Assembly (NCBI RefSeq): GCF_009914755.1
Contig: NC_060929.1
Length of the DNA stretch: 64,000 nucleotides
Reading direction: 5' to 3' (one strand)
Origin: the human T2T-CHM13v2.0 reference genome, Homo sapiens
The notes under the pieces are model-generated. The model was not told the DNA's origin, did no database searches, and saw only the letters and a list, made by a program, of their open reading frames with translations. Numbering within the stretch: position 1 is the first letter of the stretch; every line of letters starts with the position of its first letter. The translations under genes were made by a program, and so were the position numbers. Of this stretch, positions 1-20,169 are shown piece by piece.

Positions 1-289
1 GCTTGCCAGTGGCTGGGGCAATATCAGTGTTCCTGGTTCTGTGTCAGGCTGCTACCAGAAACTCAGACAAAAGGGCAAAAGAAATGCAAATCAGCATGCT
101 TCAAAAGATATATTTTAATTGTAACAATCAAGGGTCAGAGAATGGGGGCATTGGCCATCCTCAGGGTCTTTTGCAAACTCATCAAATGGATTAGGGTTGT
201 TCATGGGATATTTGGAGTGATCAGGGTGAGATGAACCAATATAGACAAAAAAGCATACAATTTGCAGTTATGAACTTCATTTTAAATTA

Positions 290-440
290 TGAATTGACAA
301 CTCATTAGCTGTATGAGCTTGAGCAAATCCCATATTCCCTTTGAATTTGCCTCCTCATTTACAAAATGGGAGCAGGATGCTTTACAAATATCTACCTGAC
401 ACAGTGGTTATGATATTAAATGAAACCGTGTCTAGGAATG
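290..440 (+). mobile_element. MIR SINE fragment
   Basis: Degenerate MIR core: ttagctgtatgagcttgagcaaat...ctcatttacaaaatggg...ttatgatattaaatga. Confidence 0.55.
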
Positions 441-1039
441 TTTTCTAGACCAAAATATGGTTTCGTGCATTCTTTGTCTTCATCACTTGCATTTCTTTTC
501 TAAAAATTTTATAGTTTTTGGTTTTTGCTTTGTTTTATAGACATTTTAAGTTTTTCTTGTGTGCTTTCTTTGATTGCTTTAATGACAAGCAGTGATTTCC
601 CCTTTATAATTGGAACAAGTGTAATTTGTTATGAAGTTTATTGAAGTTGGAAAATTATGTTAGGCAACTGGATTATAAAAATCATTTGCACAGAAGAGGT
701 TGGAGGGAATAAGTTTAACAATAGTAGATGTGAAAAAGTCTTTGGAATGTCAGCTGATGGTAAGCTCAGTGGGAGCCAGGGCAAAGTCAGCTGGGTTAAT
801 TAATGGGTACTGAGTGCCCAGAACAGAGGAGATAACAGTACCTGAGCTAGTGTCAGCCAACACTGTGAATATGCAATTACTAGAGTTTCACTTTCAAAGG
901 AGTGTTGTTTCACATCCTTGCCAATACTCAAGAGTCATCAGTCTTTAATTATACCTATGTTAGTGGGTAAAAAATGGTATCTCTCTGTGGTTTTAGTTGC
1001 ATTTTCCAAAAATTACTTTTTCCCCGGTCCTGGGTGTTT

Positions 1040-1835
1040 CAGATTCCTGAAAATTAAATATACACCACCCCATAAACCCAGTTATTCCACTTCTGGATAT
1101 TTAGTCAAGAGAAATGAAACATACCTTCAAACAAAATGTATAAAAGAATGTTCATAGTAGCTTTATTCAAAACAGCCCCAAACTGGAAATAGTCAAATGT
1201 TGATCCACAGGAGAATAGAAATTATGGTATATTTTGGTATATTTCCACTATAGAATAACAATAAATAAATAAATAAACAGAGCAATAAAAATGGAAAGAA
1301 CTTTAGGCAATACCTGACTTATAATTGTACATGTTATGATTCTTTCACTTTACATGGTGTGAAAGCAACACCATTCAGTAGAAACTGTACTTCTCTCGAG
1401 AGTCTGGGCAGTGGTGGTGAGCTGCAGCTCCATCAGCCACGCATATTTTGACTTACTTCGAAGGATTTACTGGGATGTAATTCCATTGTAAGTGGAAGAG
1501 TATCTGTACTGTAATTTATAACAACATGAATGAATCTCAAAAACATTATGCTGAGTTAAAGAAGCCAGAGACAAAAGAGTGCTTACTGTGTGATGATAGG
1601 AAAAACTCATCTATGGTGATAGAAATCAGATCAGTGGCTCTCTACGGGGTGTTCTCTGGGAAAGGACACCAGGGAACTTTCTGAGGTGATGGGGATATTC
1701 TGTAATTTTATCTGGGTGTGGGTTTCATAGGTATGGTGTGTATGTGTTGTTAAAACTCATCACATTGTAACACGTAAAGTCTGTGCTATTTGTTTTATGT
1801 AAGTTATACCGCAATAAAGTCGATTTATAAAGTAA
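1040..1835 (+). mobile_element. Old L1M (L1MB/ME-type) 3' end, interrupted at ~1310-1507 by a Tigger/MER47-like DNA transposon
   Basis: cccag-ttattccacttctgg, aaactggaaa, atgaatctcaaaaacattatgctgag and aataaa 3'UTR motifs. The insert ends ...gtaagtggaagagtatctg-ta, resembling a Tigger terminal inverted repeat. Confidence 0.6.
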
Positions 1836-2269
1836 AAAAACAAAGAGATCATAAAATATTTTATTTATAAAATAAAAAACCAAAGAGGGCCTTTTGTCTC
1901 TTGAAGAATCTTGGAGCCTTCCTACAGGAAGAGTCTAAAAACCAAGCCCAAGGAAGAGAGACAGAGAGAAGGCAGGAGAGCCAACTCCCTAGAGTGGAAG
2001 GGCTGTCTTGTGAAGACTTAGACACCTATTGTGTGTCACTCTGCAAGAGAGGGAGGAAGTGTCAGGGAAGCAGACAGTTTGACCTCTGTGGAGAATTAGA
2101 GATATCTTGCGATGGAATGGGCTGTCTCAGGAGACTGTGAGCTTCCTGTCACTCAGCAGAGTTGGGTAACTTCCTGTCAGCATGTTGTAGAGTGTGTCCA
2201 TGTAGTGACTGGGAGCGTTAACTAAGTGGCCTCAAGGCTTTCTCCTGTGCAGATTCTGCAGTTAGAGAT

Positions 2270-2620
2270 GGTCTTGGGTAAGTGGTTGAGCATGTGCTTT
2301 GGAGTAAGGCTGCCCATAGTTGAACCTGGGAATCTAGGGTCTACTGCTAGTGAGATGAGTCACCTTAGGCAGGGCAACTTCTCTAAGTCTCAGTTTTCTC
2401 ATATAAAAAGTGGTGTGTGTGCGTGCATATGTGCCTGTGTACTTACCTGTGTTTATCTTTCTTTTCTGCCATCTGTGATCTACCTAAAATGCTGCACAAC
2501 CTCAAAGAGTTGTAACTGAGGCTGAAATTGAGATGATTCACGTAAAGGGCATAGCAAAGCACCTAGCATGTATACTAAGCCCATGATAAGAGCTCAATAA
2601 TTTTAGTCATCGTTATTATT
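2270..2620 (+). mobile_element. MIR SINE
   Basis: ggcaacttctctaagtctcagttttctcatataaaa ... gagctcaataattttagt. Confidence 0.6.
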
Positions 2621-3074
2621 TCTATTACTATGATTCTAAAAATTTTAGGTGTCAACATATACCAAGAGTAGATGTTTTGGGGCAAAATTTAGGGGCTCAT
2701 ACTAAATCCTTCATATTGGACTCTTTCAGTGGCTGTTACCTCCATCAAAAGGTATGATTAATCTTTCACAGGTTAATTAAAAAATGGGAAAATAAGCCTT
2801 TTTAAAGACTTATTTAAAAAATACAATTTTATGGAAAAAATGGGCACTGCATGTGTGTCTTTGAAGTGAGGGATTCTTTTGTACTTGGTTATGTTCTTGC
2901 TTGGCTCTGAGTCACAGTGCTATAACCAGGAGAGGTGTAGTTGGTAGGATTAGGTTTTTCTTGGTCCCTGTTTTGTGGGACAGATCACTGTAGCACAGTG
3001 AACACTTTCAGTAAGGAAAGGATTAATTTCAAATAACCTAGGCCCGAACACATAGTTTCCCAAAAGGTTCTGAT

Positions 3075-4770
<1,696 letters not shown>

Positions 4771-6409
4771 TGTCAGTTTCTCTTGACTGTTTCTTTACTT
4801 TGCTATAGTTACACTTTTCTGTTTTTACCCCCACCGTTTATATTTTATTGTGTACTACTCATCGATAATATGTTGTAGAGACACTGGATTCTGTAATCTT
4901 CCTCTGAAGATGACTTATTTTTGTTTAGTACACAGTTCAATTACTGGATGGACACCTAATGATTGTGTAGTTTTGTGTTTATATCTTGTTATGCCATATC
5001 TGTGGAAAGTCTGAGATGGTTCAGAAGGCCCTCTAATTTGGTGGGACTGAACTTCTAAACTGTTTTCTCTGTGGCTTTTGTCAGAGCTTAGATTAAGGCT
5101 AAGGTAGGTCTAGAGTAGATCTTATTCTAGCACATGGTCCTTAATCCTAAGAGGAAGTCTTTCCGATATGTCAACTTACTGCCTGAGGAATTAATAAGGT
5201 GTTAATAAATTAATAATTAACAAGGTGTTAATAAAGTCTTTCCACTCAGGTTGGGCTAAACTTCCCATGCTCTCTAGGACCACTTGCTCTCTAGTGTCTG
5301 TTTCATTATCCAGCTCACAGCCAACAGTCTTTGATAAGCCTCATGCAGTCTCATCCTGTGCATGTGAGCCTAGCTCTTGGACTAGGACTTTTGGGGAACT
5401 CCAAAATGAACTTCTGTGGTGCCCCTCTGTTATAGTTCTCTTCTCTCCAGTGCCCTGTCCCATGGTTCCCAGCTGTTTTAGCTGCCCCAAACTTTGATCT
5501 TTGCCACTTAGCAGGACCAATGTTCTCTGCTTGGACTTCAGCTCACTATGCCTTAGTTGGGAAGCTATCCCCAGGCAGGTTGCTCTGATGCCTGAAAACA
5601 GTGGCTTCCTTTATTTGCCTACTTTAACATGTTTTTTTTTTTTTTTGGTGGCATAGGGCAAGTCTGGTACCAGTTAATTATATCAGAAGCTTACTTGAAT
5701 GATATATCTAGGCTGATTTATTAAGGGCAACAAGGGGTCTCTTGCTTGCAACCTAATTTTTCATCAAGGATAACTTTGTTTTTTCAACTGTCAAAGAACT
5801 CTGTGCTGAAGGGTACTAGGGATCTGACCTGGTTTGGTCATTTTTGTGTTCTTATGTTTGCTAAATTGAGTGGATTTGGAACCTTTTCCAAGTAGCTGAA
5901 ACATAGCTTCTATAAACTGCACTATGGAATGAATTTTTAATTTTCAGTCCAGTTCTGCCATGGCAGTAAAAACAAGTTCAATTATATGCTTATAGGGAAT
6001 TCTTGATTCTTATAAATTCTGAAGAGTTTTATTACAGCGGAAGTTAGATTTTTCCCCAGCACAGTGTGACTTCAGGACAGTTTTGCCCTTCTCAAAAAAG
6101 GTAGTTTTCTTATCTGTGAGATGGAGACAAGGTCAGGGAAGAAGAGAGGGTATATAACAAAATTGGAAAATGTTGTTTTTAACCTGGTGTTGAGTAACAA
6201 CAAATTGTAGGTGATGTCTACTAACTTTTAAATGTGGTCATGGCATTCTTATGCCATCATCCCCAATAGAAAAAGAAACAGGTATTAGAATACTTCTCTA
6301 GTGATGAATGACCTGATTTCTCTCTTATTGCTTTCCAGGAAATAAAGAATTGGTGTATGGAAATTCTGCAGTCTTAATGCTTGTTCATTTATTCACTCAT
6401 CGATTGAGA

Positions 6410-6822
6410 CCTCTATTGGTTTGCGATACAATGTGCGGTAACACCATGGCTTTTAAATCTCAGTGGCATAAGACAATAGGCATTTATTTAGCTTATGAGT
6501 TGGGTTAACTGGGAGTTGGTTGATCTAATTGAGGCTCAGCAGGAGCTGTTGAGCTTTGCTCACCATATTTCTTATTCTCCTTCTGGGACCAGTGTGTTAG
6601 CCTAGAAATTTTCTTCTCATAGTTATGGCAGAGGTCCAAGAAAGCAGGTTCAACTGCATAAGCACATTTTAAGCCTCTGCTGCATTACATTTGCTAACAT
6701 CCTTTTGGCCAAAGCAAAGACACATGGCTGAGCCCAATATCAATGAAACAGAGATATATGGTCCTTCTATGGGAGTCAAGAGGAGGAAGTAAATATTATT
6801 GAACAATAATGCAATCCACTTC
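6410..6822. mobile_element. MLT1-type MaLR solo LTR
   Basis: aaatctcagtggc, ttggccaaagcaa, tgaacaataatgcaatc motifs. Confidence 0.6.
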
Positions 6823-7864
6823 AAGTCTTATATACTAGTCACTAAGGCTAAAAAGATGAATAAGATATAGTCATTTTCCCTAGGAGCCCTCAAAAAATTG
6901 ATTACCTGTACAGTAATCTTACAGCTCATGGAAGATGTAGAGAAGGAGTTAAAACTCTAGTTCAAATGAAACAGAAATGCTCAGCCTTTAAGTATTTTTT
7001 TTTCTTTTAATTTCACACCTTGGAGAATGTTAAACTTGGATTGCTGGCAGTCTACCAAAGCATTGTGTTGAGCTGAAATCCCCTGCTATTAATAACTAGG
7101 TATACTGTGATTTTGAGATTTAAAGCCATGATCTCATGTTAGAAGCTGCAGTCAGCCAGGAAGCTGTTTGGATTCCTAACACTTCTAGAAGCACTTAGGC
7201 AAAGATGCTGGGGATTAGAGGAAAAACTCATAAGCAGGTTTGTACAGAGGGAGTCAGAGCTCCATGCCTTGGTTTAGGGAACCCTCAGTAAGAAAGGTGC
7301 AATAGAAAACTGAAATATGCAAGCCATCCAACCACTTGAAGGGACAATCTAGTGTTATTGAAATGAATGACTGCAGAGACCGAGGAAGATCTTGATGGAT
7401 AGCATCGAGCAGGGCAATGGCCTGGAAATGCTGGTGCCTCATGCCTCCTTCCCTTTTCTAAAGGCCTCTTCTGTATAAATTGGTATTGGGGTTGCAGTTA
7501 GGCCCGAGGAAGGCTCAGAAAACCTGGGCTGGAGGGATGCTGAGAACCTCATGCTTGTTTTGAGTCATCTAAAATTTAGGCCACTGAAGTCAGGGAGCCT
7601 GAGCTGAAGGCTGAGGTTTCAGTCCAGAATCCTCAAACTCCCCAAAGTCTGGGTCTTGACAACACCCAAGGATGACTAAACAAAAGGAACAAAAGTTAAA
7701 TGGGAAAAAAAGAAAGATTTCCGGTTTTGTGAATCCTACTTTAGAAACATCTGCTCTGTTCCAACTCTCTTATTTCACAGTTGAGAAATAAAGGGCCTTT
7801 CCTGAGGTCACATGAATCTATGGCAGACCTAGGATAGAACCAGTTCTAAGGCCTCAAGGTAGCC

Positions 7865-8125
7865 ACTAATAGCTAACAGCTAATATTTGCTGAGGGCTTG
7901 CTATGTGCTAGGCTGTTCTAAACACTATATGTAGAGAATATATTTTTGTGTTCACTAACATTCTATGAAGCAGGTACTATAACTGTTCTCATTTAACAGA
8001 GGAGATAATGAGGCACTAAGATACTACACAATTTGTGTAATGTCACACAGCTGGTAAGTAGGGAGCCAGGATTCAAAATCAAGGCATCTAACCCAGAGCC
8101 TGGACTCTTAACTTCATTGATATAC
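7865..8125 (-). mobile_element. MIR SINE
   Basis: ttgctgagggcttgctatgtgctagg ... gtcacacagctggtaagt..gagccaggattcaaa. Confidence 0.7.
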
Positions 8126-9768
8126 TGCAGTGAGATCAGCTAATTAGGAAAGGATATCCCCCTTTCTGTAGACTAACAGAGCTCGTATTTATAAGAAGAA
8201 AGCCCTTAAATTATCCTTACAGAGAGGTGGGGCTGGAGAATATTGTAGGTTGCATCAGAATTGCAGAAGGAATGCCAGAAAGTCTCACAAGCTGCCCAAG
8301 ATGCTGAGTTGATGCTTCAACTCAAGTATCTTTATCTATTGCACCCATCATCAATGTTTAGTAATGTCTATGCTGAAAGTTTAGAATTTTAGAGCTGAAT
8401 GGGCTGTGATAAATAATAGTCACATATATACCATGTGACAAGCATTCTAGATTTGTTATTTTACTAAGGCTTCACAACAATTCAGTGACCTTTCTTTCTT
8501 TTGAGGAAGAGAGAGGTGGAGATAAGCTACTACCCATGTTACAAGGCAGAATGGAACAACTACTTATTAGAAGCATAAAAATTGAGATGTGGAAAGGGGT
8601 GACAAGAAAGTATTTATGAAGTCTTTAAAGTTAAACTAGAGGGATAATTTCAGTAAAGTTAAGGGGACAGTATAAGTAAAGGAATGGTTTGTTTGAGCAA
8701 GAAAAAATAGATCTGTGTAGTTATGTTGAGACTTCACACACATGGAGCGCATGTTTTCAGTCCCCTTCACGCACTCATGACACACATCTCTGAATTATCA
8801 TATTTTGTCCACCAATGTGAAATAGCACCTCGGAATCCTTCCCAGCACAAAGCTTCAAGAAGGCACTGCGAATTGAGATTGTGAGCATGTGAGATAAGTT
8901 TTTTTGGTCCTCCTGGAGTAGCACCTTGGTGAGAAGGGTATGTGGTGGCAGTTAGATAACCTACTTCATCCTCCTTCACTTCAAGATTGTAACACAGAGT
9001 GTCAGTAAAATAATTAATCAGAGTCATGCAAAAAGTGAGTTGAAGAGCCAGAAGAAACAGAACCCCATCTCAAGATCAGGACCCCACACTGATTACTTCT
9101 TTCAAGATTTCTCAGTGCTAGATTCATGGGTCAGTCATACCAGCTGTATCAAGCAACACACAGGTGCTTAATAAAAATGTATGGTGCTGAACTTCATGCC
9201 ATATGAGTGGAATAGAACTCCTGGAAAGTGGGGTCTGAGAATCTAGATGTTTAACAAACTTTCTGAGTTATTGTGGAGTAGTACAAGGTTTATACAGAAC
9301 ACTGATTGTCTATAAGAGGTTAGTAAGGCTTTATTGGGAAATTGATGCTAGCAATATTGTTCCTTTCATAATTGATTTAAAGCACATATCACAACATAAC
9401 TTATGCATTTATGTAGTTGCTCTACCTGCATGATAATCTGCCTTTAAGAAAATATGTTCGTTATTTAAGAGTTACTACTTGGCACTTGCATTTTGGCTCT
9501 GCATTTATTGGCTGAATGATTTTATTTTATTTTTAAATTTATTTATTTTTCTTTTTTTTGTTTATTATACTTTAAGTTTTAGGGTACATGTGCACAATGT
9601 GCAGGTTAGTTACATATGTATACATGTGCCAGGTTGGTGTGATGCACCCATTAACTCGTCATTTAATATTAGATATATCTCCTAATGATATCCCTCCCCC
9701 CTCCCCCTACCCCACAACAGGCCCCGGTGTGTGATGTTCCCCTTCCTGTGTCCATGTGTTCTCATTGT

Positions 9769-13610
<3,842 letters not shown>

Positions 13611-13658
13611 TTATTTTGCTCGTTAGTTGATGCAGTTTCTTCCTAGCCTCGATGGTCT

Positions 13659-14678
13659 TTACAATTTGGCACGTGTTTGCAGTGGCTGGTACCGGTTGTT
13701 CCTTTCCATGTTTAGTGCTTCCTTCAGGAACTCTTTTAGGGCAAGCCTGGTGGTGACAGAATCTCTCAGCATTTCCTTGTCTGTAAAGTATTTTATTTCT
13801 CCTTCACTTATGAAGCTTACTTTGGCTGGATATGAAATTCTGGGTTGAAAATTCTTTTCTTTAAGAATGTTGAATATTGGCCCCCACTTTCTTCTGGCTT
13901 GTAGAGTTTCTGCCAAGAGATCAGCTGTTAGTCTGATGGACTTCCCTTTGTGGGTAACCCGACCTTTCTCTCTGGCTGCCCTTAACATTTTTTGCTTCAT
14001 TTCAACTTTGGTGAATCTGACAATTATGTGTCTTGGAGTTGCTCTTCTCAAGGAGTATCTTTGTGGTGTTCTCTGTATTTCCTGAATTTGAATGTTGGCC
14101 TGCCTTGCCAGATTGGGGAGGTTCTCCTGGATAATATCCTGCAGAGTGTTTTCCAACTTGGTTCCATTCTCCCCGTTACTTTCAGGTACACCAAACAGAT
14201 GTAGATTTGGTCTTTTCACATAGTCCCATATTTCTTGGAGTCTTTGTTTGTTTGTTTTTATTCTTTTTTTTTTCTAAACTTCTCTTCTTGCTTCATTTCA
14301 TTCATTTGATCTTCCATCACTGCTACCCTTTCTTCCAGTTGATCGAATCGGCTACTGAGGCTTGTGCATTCGTCGCGTAGTTCTCGTGCCTTGGTTTTCA
14401 GCTCCATCAGGTCCTTTAAGGACTTCTCTGCATTGGTTATTCTAGTCAGCCATTCATCTGATTTTTTTTTCAAGGTTTTTACCTCCTTTGCCACGGTTTT
14501 GAACTTCCTCCTTTAGTTCGAGGTAGTTTGATCATGTGAAGCCTTCTTCTGATGACTCATCAAAGTCATTCTCCATCCAGCTTTGTTCCATTGGTGATGA
14601 GGAGCTGCATTCCTTTGGAGGAGGAGAGGCACTCTGATTTTTAGAGTTTCCAGTTTTTCTGCTCTGTTTTTTCCCTAT
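13659..14678 (-). pseudogene. L1 ORF1, disrupted
   Basis: Fragments 14532-14777, 14258-14494 and 13659-14219 (KRPNL..., RISYPAK). ATG mutated to ATA, plus frameshifts. Confidence 0.93.
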
Positions 14679-15964
14679 CTTTGTGGTTTTATCTACCTTT
14701 GGTCTTTGGTGATGGTGGCGTACAGATGGGGTTTTGGTGTGGATGTCTTTTCTGTTTGTTAGTTTTCCTTCTAACAATCAGGACCCTCAGCTGCAGGTCT
14801 GTTGGAGTTTTCTGGAGGTCCACTCCAGACCCTGTTTTTTTGGGTATCAGCAGCAGAGGCTGCAGAACAGTGGATATTGGTGAACAGCAAATGTTGCTGA
14901 CTGATCATTCCTCTGGAAGTTTTGTCTCAGAGGAGTACCCGGCCGTGTGAGGTGTCAGTCTGCCTCTATTGGGGGGTGCCTCCCAGTTAGGCTACTCGAA
15001 GGTCAGGGACCCACTTGAGGAGGCAGTCTGTCCATTCTCAGATCTCCAGCTGCGTGCTGGGAGAACCACTACTCTCTTCAAAGCTGTCAGACAGGGACTT
15101 TTAAGTCTGCAGAGGATTCTGCTGCCTTTTGTTTGGCTATGCCCTGCCCCCATAGGTGGAGTCTGCAGAGGCAGGCAGGCCTCCTTGAGCTGTGGTGGAC
15201 TCCACCCAGTTTGAGCTTCCCAGGCGCTTTGTTTACCTGCTCGAGCCTCGGCAATGGCGGGCGCCCCTCCCCCAGCCTTGCTGCTGCCTTGCAGTTTGAT
15301 CTCAGACTGCTGTGCTAGCAATGAGTGAGGCTCTGTGGGCATAGGACCCTCCGAGCCAGGTGCAGGATATAATCCCCCAGTGTGCCATTTGCTAAGACTG
15401 TTGGAAAAGCTCAGTATTAGGGTGGGAGTGACCTGATTTTCCAGGTGCCATCTGTCACCCCTTTCTTTGACTAGGAAAGGGAATTCCCTGACCCCTTGTG
15501 CTTCCTGGGTGAGGCGATGCCTGCTTCTGCTCATGCTCAGTGCACTGCACCCACTGTCCTGCACCCACTTACCGACACTCCCTAGTGAGATGAACCCGGT
15601 ACCTCAGTTGGAAATGCAGAAATCACCCATCTTCTGCATTGCTCACACTGGGAGCTGTAGACTTTAGCTTTTCCTATTTGGCCATCTTGGCTCCACCCCC
15701 TTCCTGAATGATTTTAAATATATTTCTTAGCCTCTCAACATTCCAATTTTCCTACATGTAAATGAGATTATAACACCTACCTTATAAAGCTACAGTAATG
15801 TTCATATAGACAATACTAATAGGACATTTAGAACATTGTCTGGCATGTGGTAAGCATTTTATACGTAATTGTCTTTTTTAGTATAGTTATTTTTAGCATA
15901 ACATTGTAACTATAAAGATCTTCTTATAACTTTTCTGTGGTGATTTTTAAATTGCTGCATTCTT

Positions 15965-16090
15965 ATTCTTTTTTTTTTTTTTAAGAGACAAGGTCTCACT
16001 CTGTTGCCCAGGAGTGCAGTGGCATGATTGTAGCTCACTGCAGCCTCCAAGTCCTGGACTCAAGCAATCCTTTCACCTCAGCCTCCTGAG
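15965..16090 (-). mobile_element. 5'-truncated AluJ/FLAM-like fragment
   Basis: Poly-T plus gagacaaggtctcactctgttgcccagg..., flanked by TSD ttaaattgcYRcattctt. Confidence 0.8.
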
Positions 16091-16157
16091 TTAAATTGCC
16101 ACATTCTTTATTTAAACTTGTATTATATCACTTGGTTTTCTGTTTATAAAAAATCAG

Positions 16158-16447
<290 letters not shown>

Positions 16448-16450
16448 TCA

Positions 16451-16732
16451 GGCCAGGTATGGTGGCTCATGCCTGTAATCCCAGGGCATTGGGAGGTCAA
16501 GGTGGGAGAATTGCTTGAGCGCAGGAGGTCAAGATCAGCCTGTGTAGCATACTGAGACCCTGTATCTAAAAAAATATAATTAGCCAGGCATGGTGGTACA
16601 TGCCTGTAGTCGCAGCTATTTGAGAGGCAGAGGTGGGAAGATAGCGTGGTCCCAGGAGTTTGAGGTTACATTGAGCTATGATTGTACCAATGCACTCCAG
16701 CCTGAGCAACAGAGTGAGACCCTGTCTCTAAA
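16451..16732 (+). mobile_element. AluJ
   Basis: ttgcttgagcgcagg, cccaggagtttgaggttac, gagctatgat diagnostics. Confidence 0.88.
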
Positions 16733-16849
16733 TTTTTTTTTAAATTTTAAAAATTTTAAAATCAACATATTGTGTTTAAAAATATGTTCCTTGGTCGAAC
16801 ACTATGGTAGTAATATAAGGAAACATATGGTGGTTGAATTGGAAAGGTA

Positions 16850-17430
16850 AGAAGGCATTGTATTATAAGAGGTCTCGTATGTTGTGCTGAGTAGTTTGGA
16901 TTTTATTCTGTAGGCAATAGTCAGTCATTGAAGATTTTTGACCTGAAGAGTGAGAAGACACAAATAGTATCTTGGGAAGATTAATTTGGCACAGGATACA
17001 TTGTAGGTAGTAGGCCAGTTTAAAAAATCATAGCAGTAGCTCACGTGGGAGGTGAAAAGTTCCTGTATTAAGTTTGGCCACTGAGAGTATGAAAGACAGG
17101 AAGAGACCTGAGAGGTTATTATAAAGGAATATAGAAAGTATTTGGTTAACAGATTCTATTGGTCTGTTCTCACACTGCTATAAGAACATACCTGAAACAA
17201 GGTGATTTATAAAGGTAAATGTGGGGATTATGGAAACTACAGTTCAAAATGAGATTTAGTTGGGGATCCCACCAAACCATATCATGGATATAAGGAAGAA
17301 GTAAGAGATGAAAATAATTGTGGGGTTTCAAGCTTGAGCGATGAGGAAGTTGATGATATCTCTGACAGAAATAGAGATATCTACAGGGATACCAAGCTAT
17401 GGGTAAGAAATCAGTCTGCATTTTGATCCT
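16850..17430. mobile_element. L2 fragment interrupted by an internally deleted THE1/MST LTR (~17155-17284)
   Basis: L2 motifs tttggattttattctgtaggcaat, cattgaagatttt. The insert has both THE1/MST termini (ttctcacactgctataag / ccaaaccatatca). Confidence 0.6.
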
Positions 17431-19489
17431 GTTATAAAAATTGTAAAAACATGATAACAGGCAGATGTATTGACTCCTTTATACATGAATCAGTTTGAGT
17501 TAAACTTTTCATCAAGTACATTTGAATACAATTTCTTTATGAAATTCTACCCATACCCCATTCCATCTTTTTATTACATTTGTATTTTATTCCTTGTTGT
17601 TTTGGGGTTCTTAGTTGTAAGCAGAAGAAACTGCCTCTGGCTAACTTCAACAGAAGAGGAATTTATTAAAGTGATATTGATTTGCTGACAGAATCACTGG
17701 GAAGGACAGGGATCTAGGCTCAGAATATGGACAGAAACAAGGGATTATGGGTAGCAGCCACCACCACAGCCAAGAGCATGCTAAGCCCCAGTCTTAGAAG
17801 ACATAGCTGTCTCCATCATGGAATGTTGATGCCATGGCTCGTTTTGCCGCTGGCACTGGGCAGAGGATGCTGTCCCTGATTTGCTGTCTTTGAAAACTGG
17901 AAGCTTCTGCTGCCACTGTTATTCCTACTTCCAGAATAGATTCTCCTCTATTCCTGCTAATTTGTATCACTAGGCCGTTGCTCAAAGTCCAAGATAGAGG
18001 TGTCTGATTGATCAAGCGCAGGTCTCATGCCCTAGCTATGAGGATGCTGGGATAGGAGTGTCTTGCCTTTTTAGTTTTTATGGTGATAGATGAACCCTGT
18101 GCCTCCAACATTCCTAAGATGGGTCATCCATTCAGACATTTGGTGGCCAAAACAACACAAAGCACAAAAAAACCCAGCAACAGCTAATGTCTGCCACACA
18201 TGCCTGCAGGTTATATTTTATATTACAAGAGCAGAGTATCTAGAAACACTTTTTTTCTTTTCTTTTTAGTTAGTTTCAAATATAGATATAGAATGTCCCA
18301 AGAATCAAAGCACCTGCAGCCACAGCTAAAAAGGTCAGAAAATTGCCCAGTATTTCATGGCTGGGGTTGCTCAAATTATAGCCTATTACAGACTGAAACA
18401 GACCACCATGACCTTTTCATGTGGCAGGATGTTGTATTATCAGAACTCCCTCTTTCTATGATTTTTTTTGCCCTTTTCCCCTTTCCAACTTATTTGAATT
18501 CAGGCCTGATAGGAAAAAAATAAGACAAAAGATGTGGCCTGAAATTTCAGGTTGGGGGAGAACAGACTGTAACTTTGAACTTAGTGAGGAAATAATTTTC
18601 CCTTATTAATTTGAGCAGAACTTTAAATTGGGAATTAAGATGCTCAAATCCTAAACTCGGGCAAGTCTCTGCTTCTCTCTGGACTTGAGCTTCTTTGTTG
18701 ATGGGGTCCCTGGATTGGATTCAGGCAGACACAGATTCGGGCTCCAGCTCTCCCACTTACGGATCGGTGTGAACATGGGGATATCTCACTCTTAACTTCA
18801 TTTTTCTCATGGGAGAAGCAAGGAAAAAGTAACAGGACTATCCTCATAGATTTATTGTGAGATTTGAATAAGGCAATGTTTGTCAAATCCCAGGAAATAA
18901 TAGGATGGTTGTATCCTAGATGATATTTCAGGAGGGGTCTGAGAATCTGATATTTCACATAATTTGCAGAGTAATTCATAGAGTTTGTGTATGTGTATTT
19001 TATAGCACATGTAGTGTAAAAATTAGAGTGGATTTCTATTTTTAGGTATTTTGGAAAGTAAAAAAGAAAAAAACCCTCATTCTTTTTTTCCCCCATTTCA
19101 CAATGTATGAGTATAGTACTGTTTAAAATACTGTGAAAGGTACTCAGAAATGACATGTATAGTACATGCTTAGTACTTTCTAGGAGCCTATGACCTAGAC
19201 AAGGCCAGAAAGGCAAAGTTCTATATTACTAAGAATTAAAATATGGAATAGTGATTGAGGCGGTGTCATGATGAGAGTGTGAGTGCTGTGATCTCAGAAG
19301 AGGGAAGGATTATGCTGGGCAGGGAGGACAGAGCCAGCTCTCTGGATTTCCAGAGGAGTTCCTTCAAGAATGTAGTTAAGTTGACACTGGGTATCAGGGA
19401 AGCCTTGCTATCTCTAAAGCTCCCAGTTTTGACCATGAGAGCTGAGATGCTTCTATCCCTCTATAGGTTAGGGAAAGTGGCTGGTGTGG

Positions 19490-19980
19490 TGGTTTTAAAA
19501 CATATCAGTAAATTCCTTGACATGCCTCTTATTAAAAGATGGGATCTAATTCCCTTTCCCTTCACTCGTAATGAATAGAATGTGGCAAAAGTGACTTGGC
19601 TGACTTTCAATCAAGCCTATGTTAGAAAAGGCAATACAGTTTCCATCAGGCTCTCTCTCTTTTGAGATGCTCACCTTTGAAACCCAGGCATCATGCTGTG
19701 AGGATGCCAGGCAGCCACATAGAAATATGTGGCCCCAGCTGAGGCATCGGACAAGAGCTAGCATTGCCTCAACTGCCAAACATGAAAACGGGTGACACTG
19801 CAGATGATTCCAGCCCCCAGCCTTCAAGCCATGCCAGGTGACAGGAAGTAGAGCAGAGACCAGTTGTCCCCACTGAACACGACACAAATTGCTGACTTGG
19901 AAGAAAAATAAATGTTGTGGTTGTTTTAAGCAACTAAGCTCTGGGTGTTTTGTTACAATAACATTAGATAAATGGAACAC
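19490..19980. mobile_element. MLT1-type MaLR LTR
   Basis: aatagaatgtggcaaaagtgac, tgttttaagcaactaag, ttgttacaataacattagataa. Confidence 0.65.
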
Positions 19981-20169
19981 CTGGTGACTGGACAATGACT
20001 TCAGAGAGCAGGTATCTTGCTCCTGTGGCATAGGAAGCAATTTCATGTAAAATTGTTCTTTTCTAGTTTAAAAGGAAGATGGACCCTAAGCTGTCCAAAA
20101 ACCTATAGAGAGTTGCCTCATGGGGACCTACATACTTGAATAATGATAAGAAAAGAAAGTATAGCGTAA

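Noticed and set aside
18644-20046. 190-aa and 166-aa minus-strand ORFs in the spacer
   Set aside because: They overlap MIR and MLT1 remnants, and show no recognisable domain or coding-like composition.
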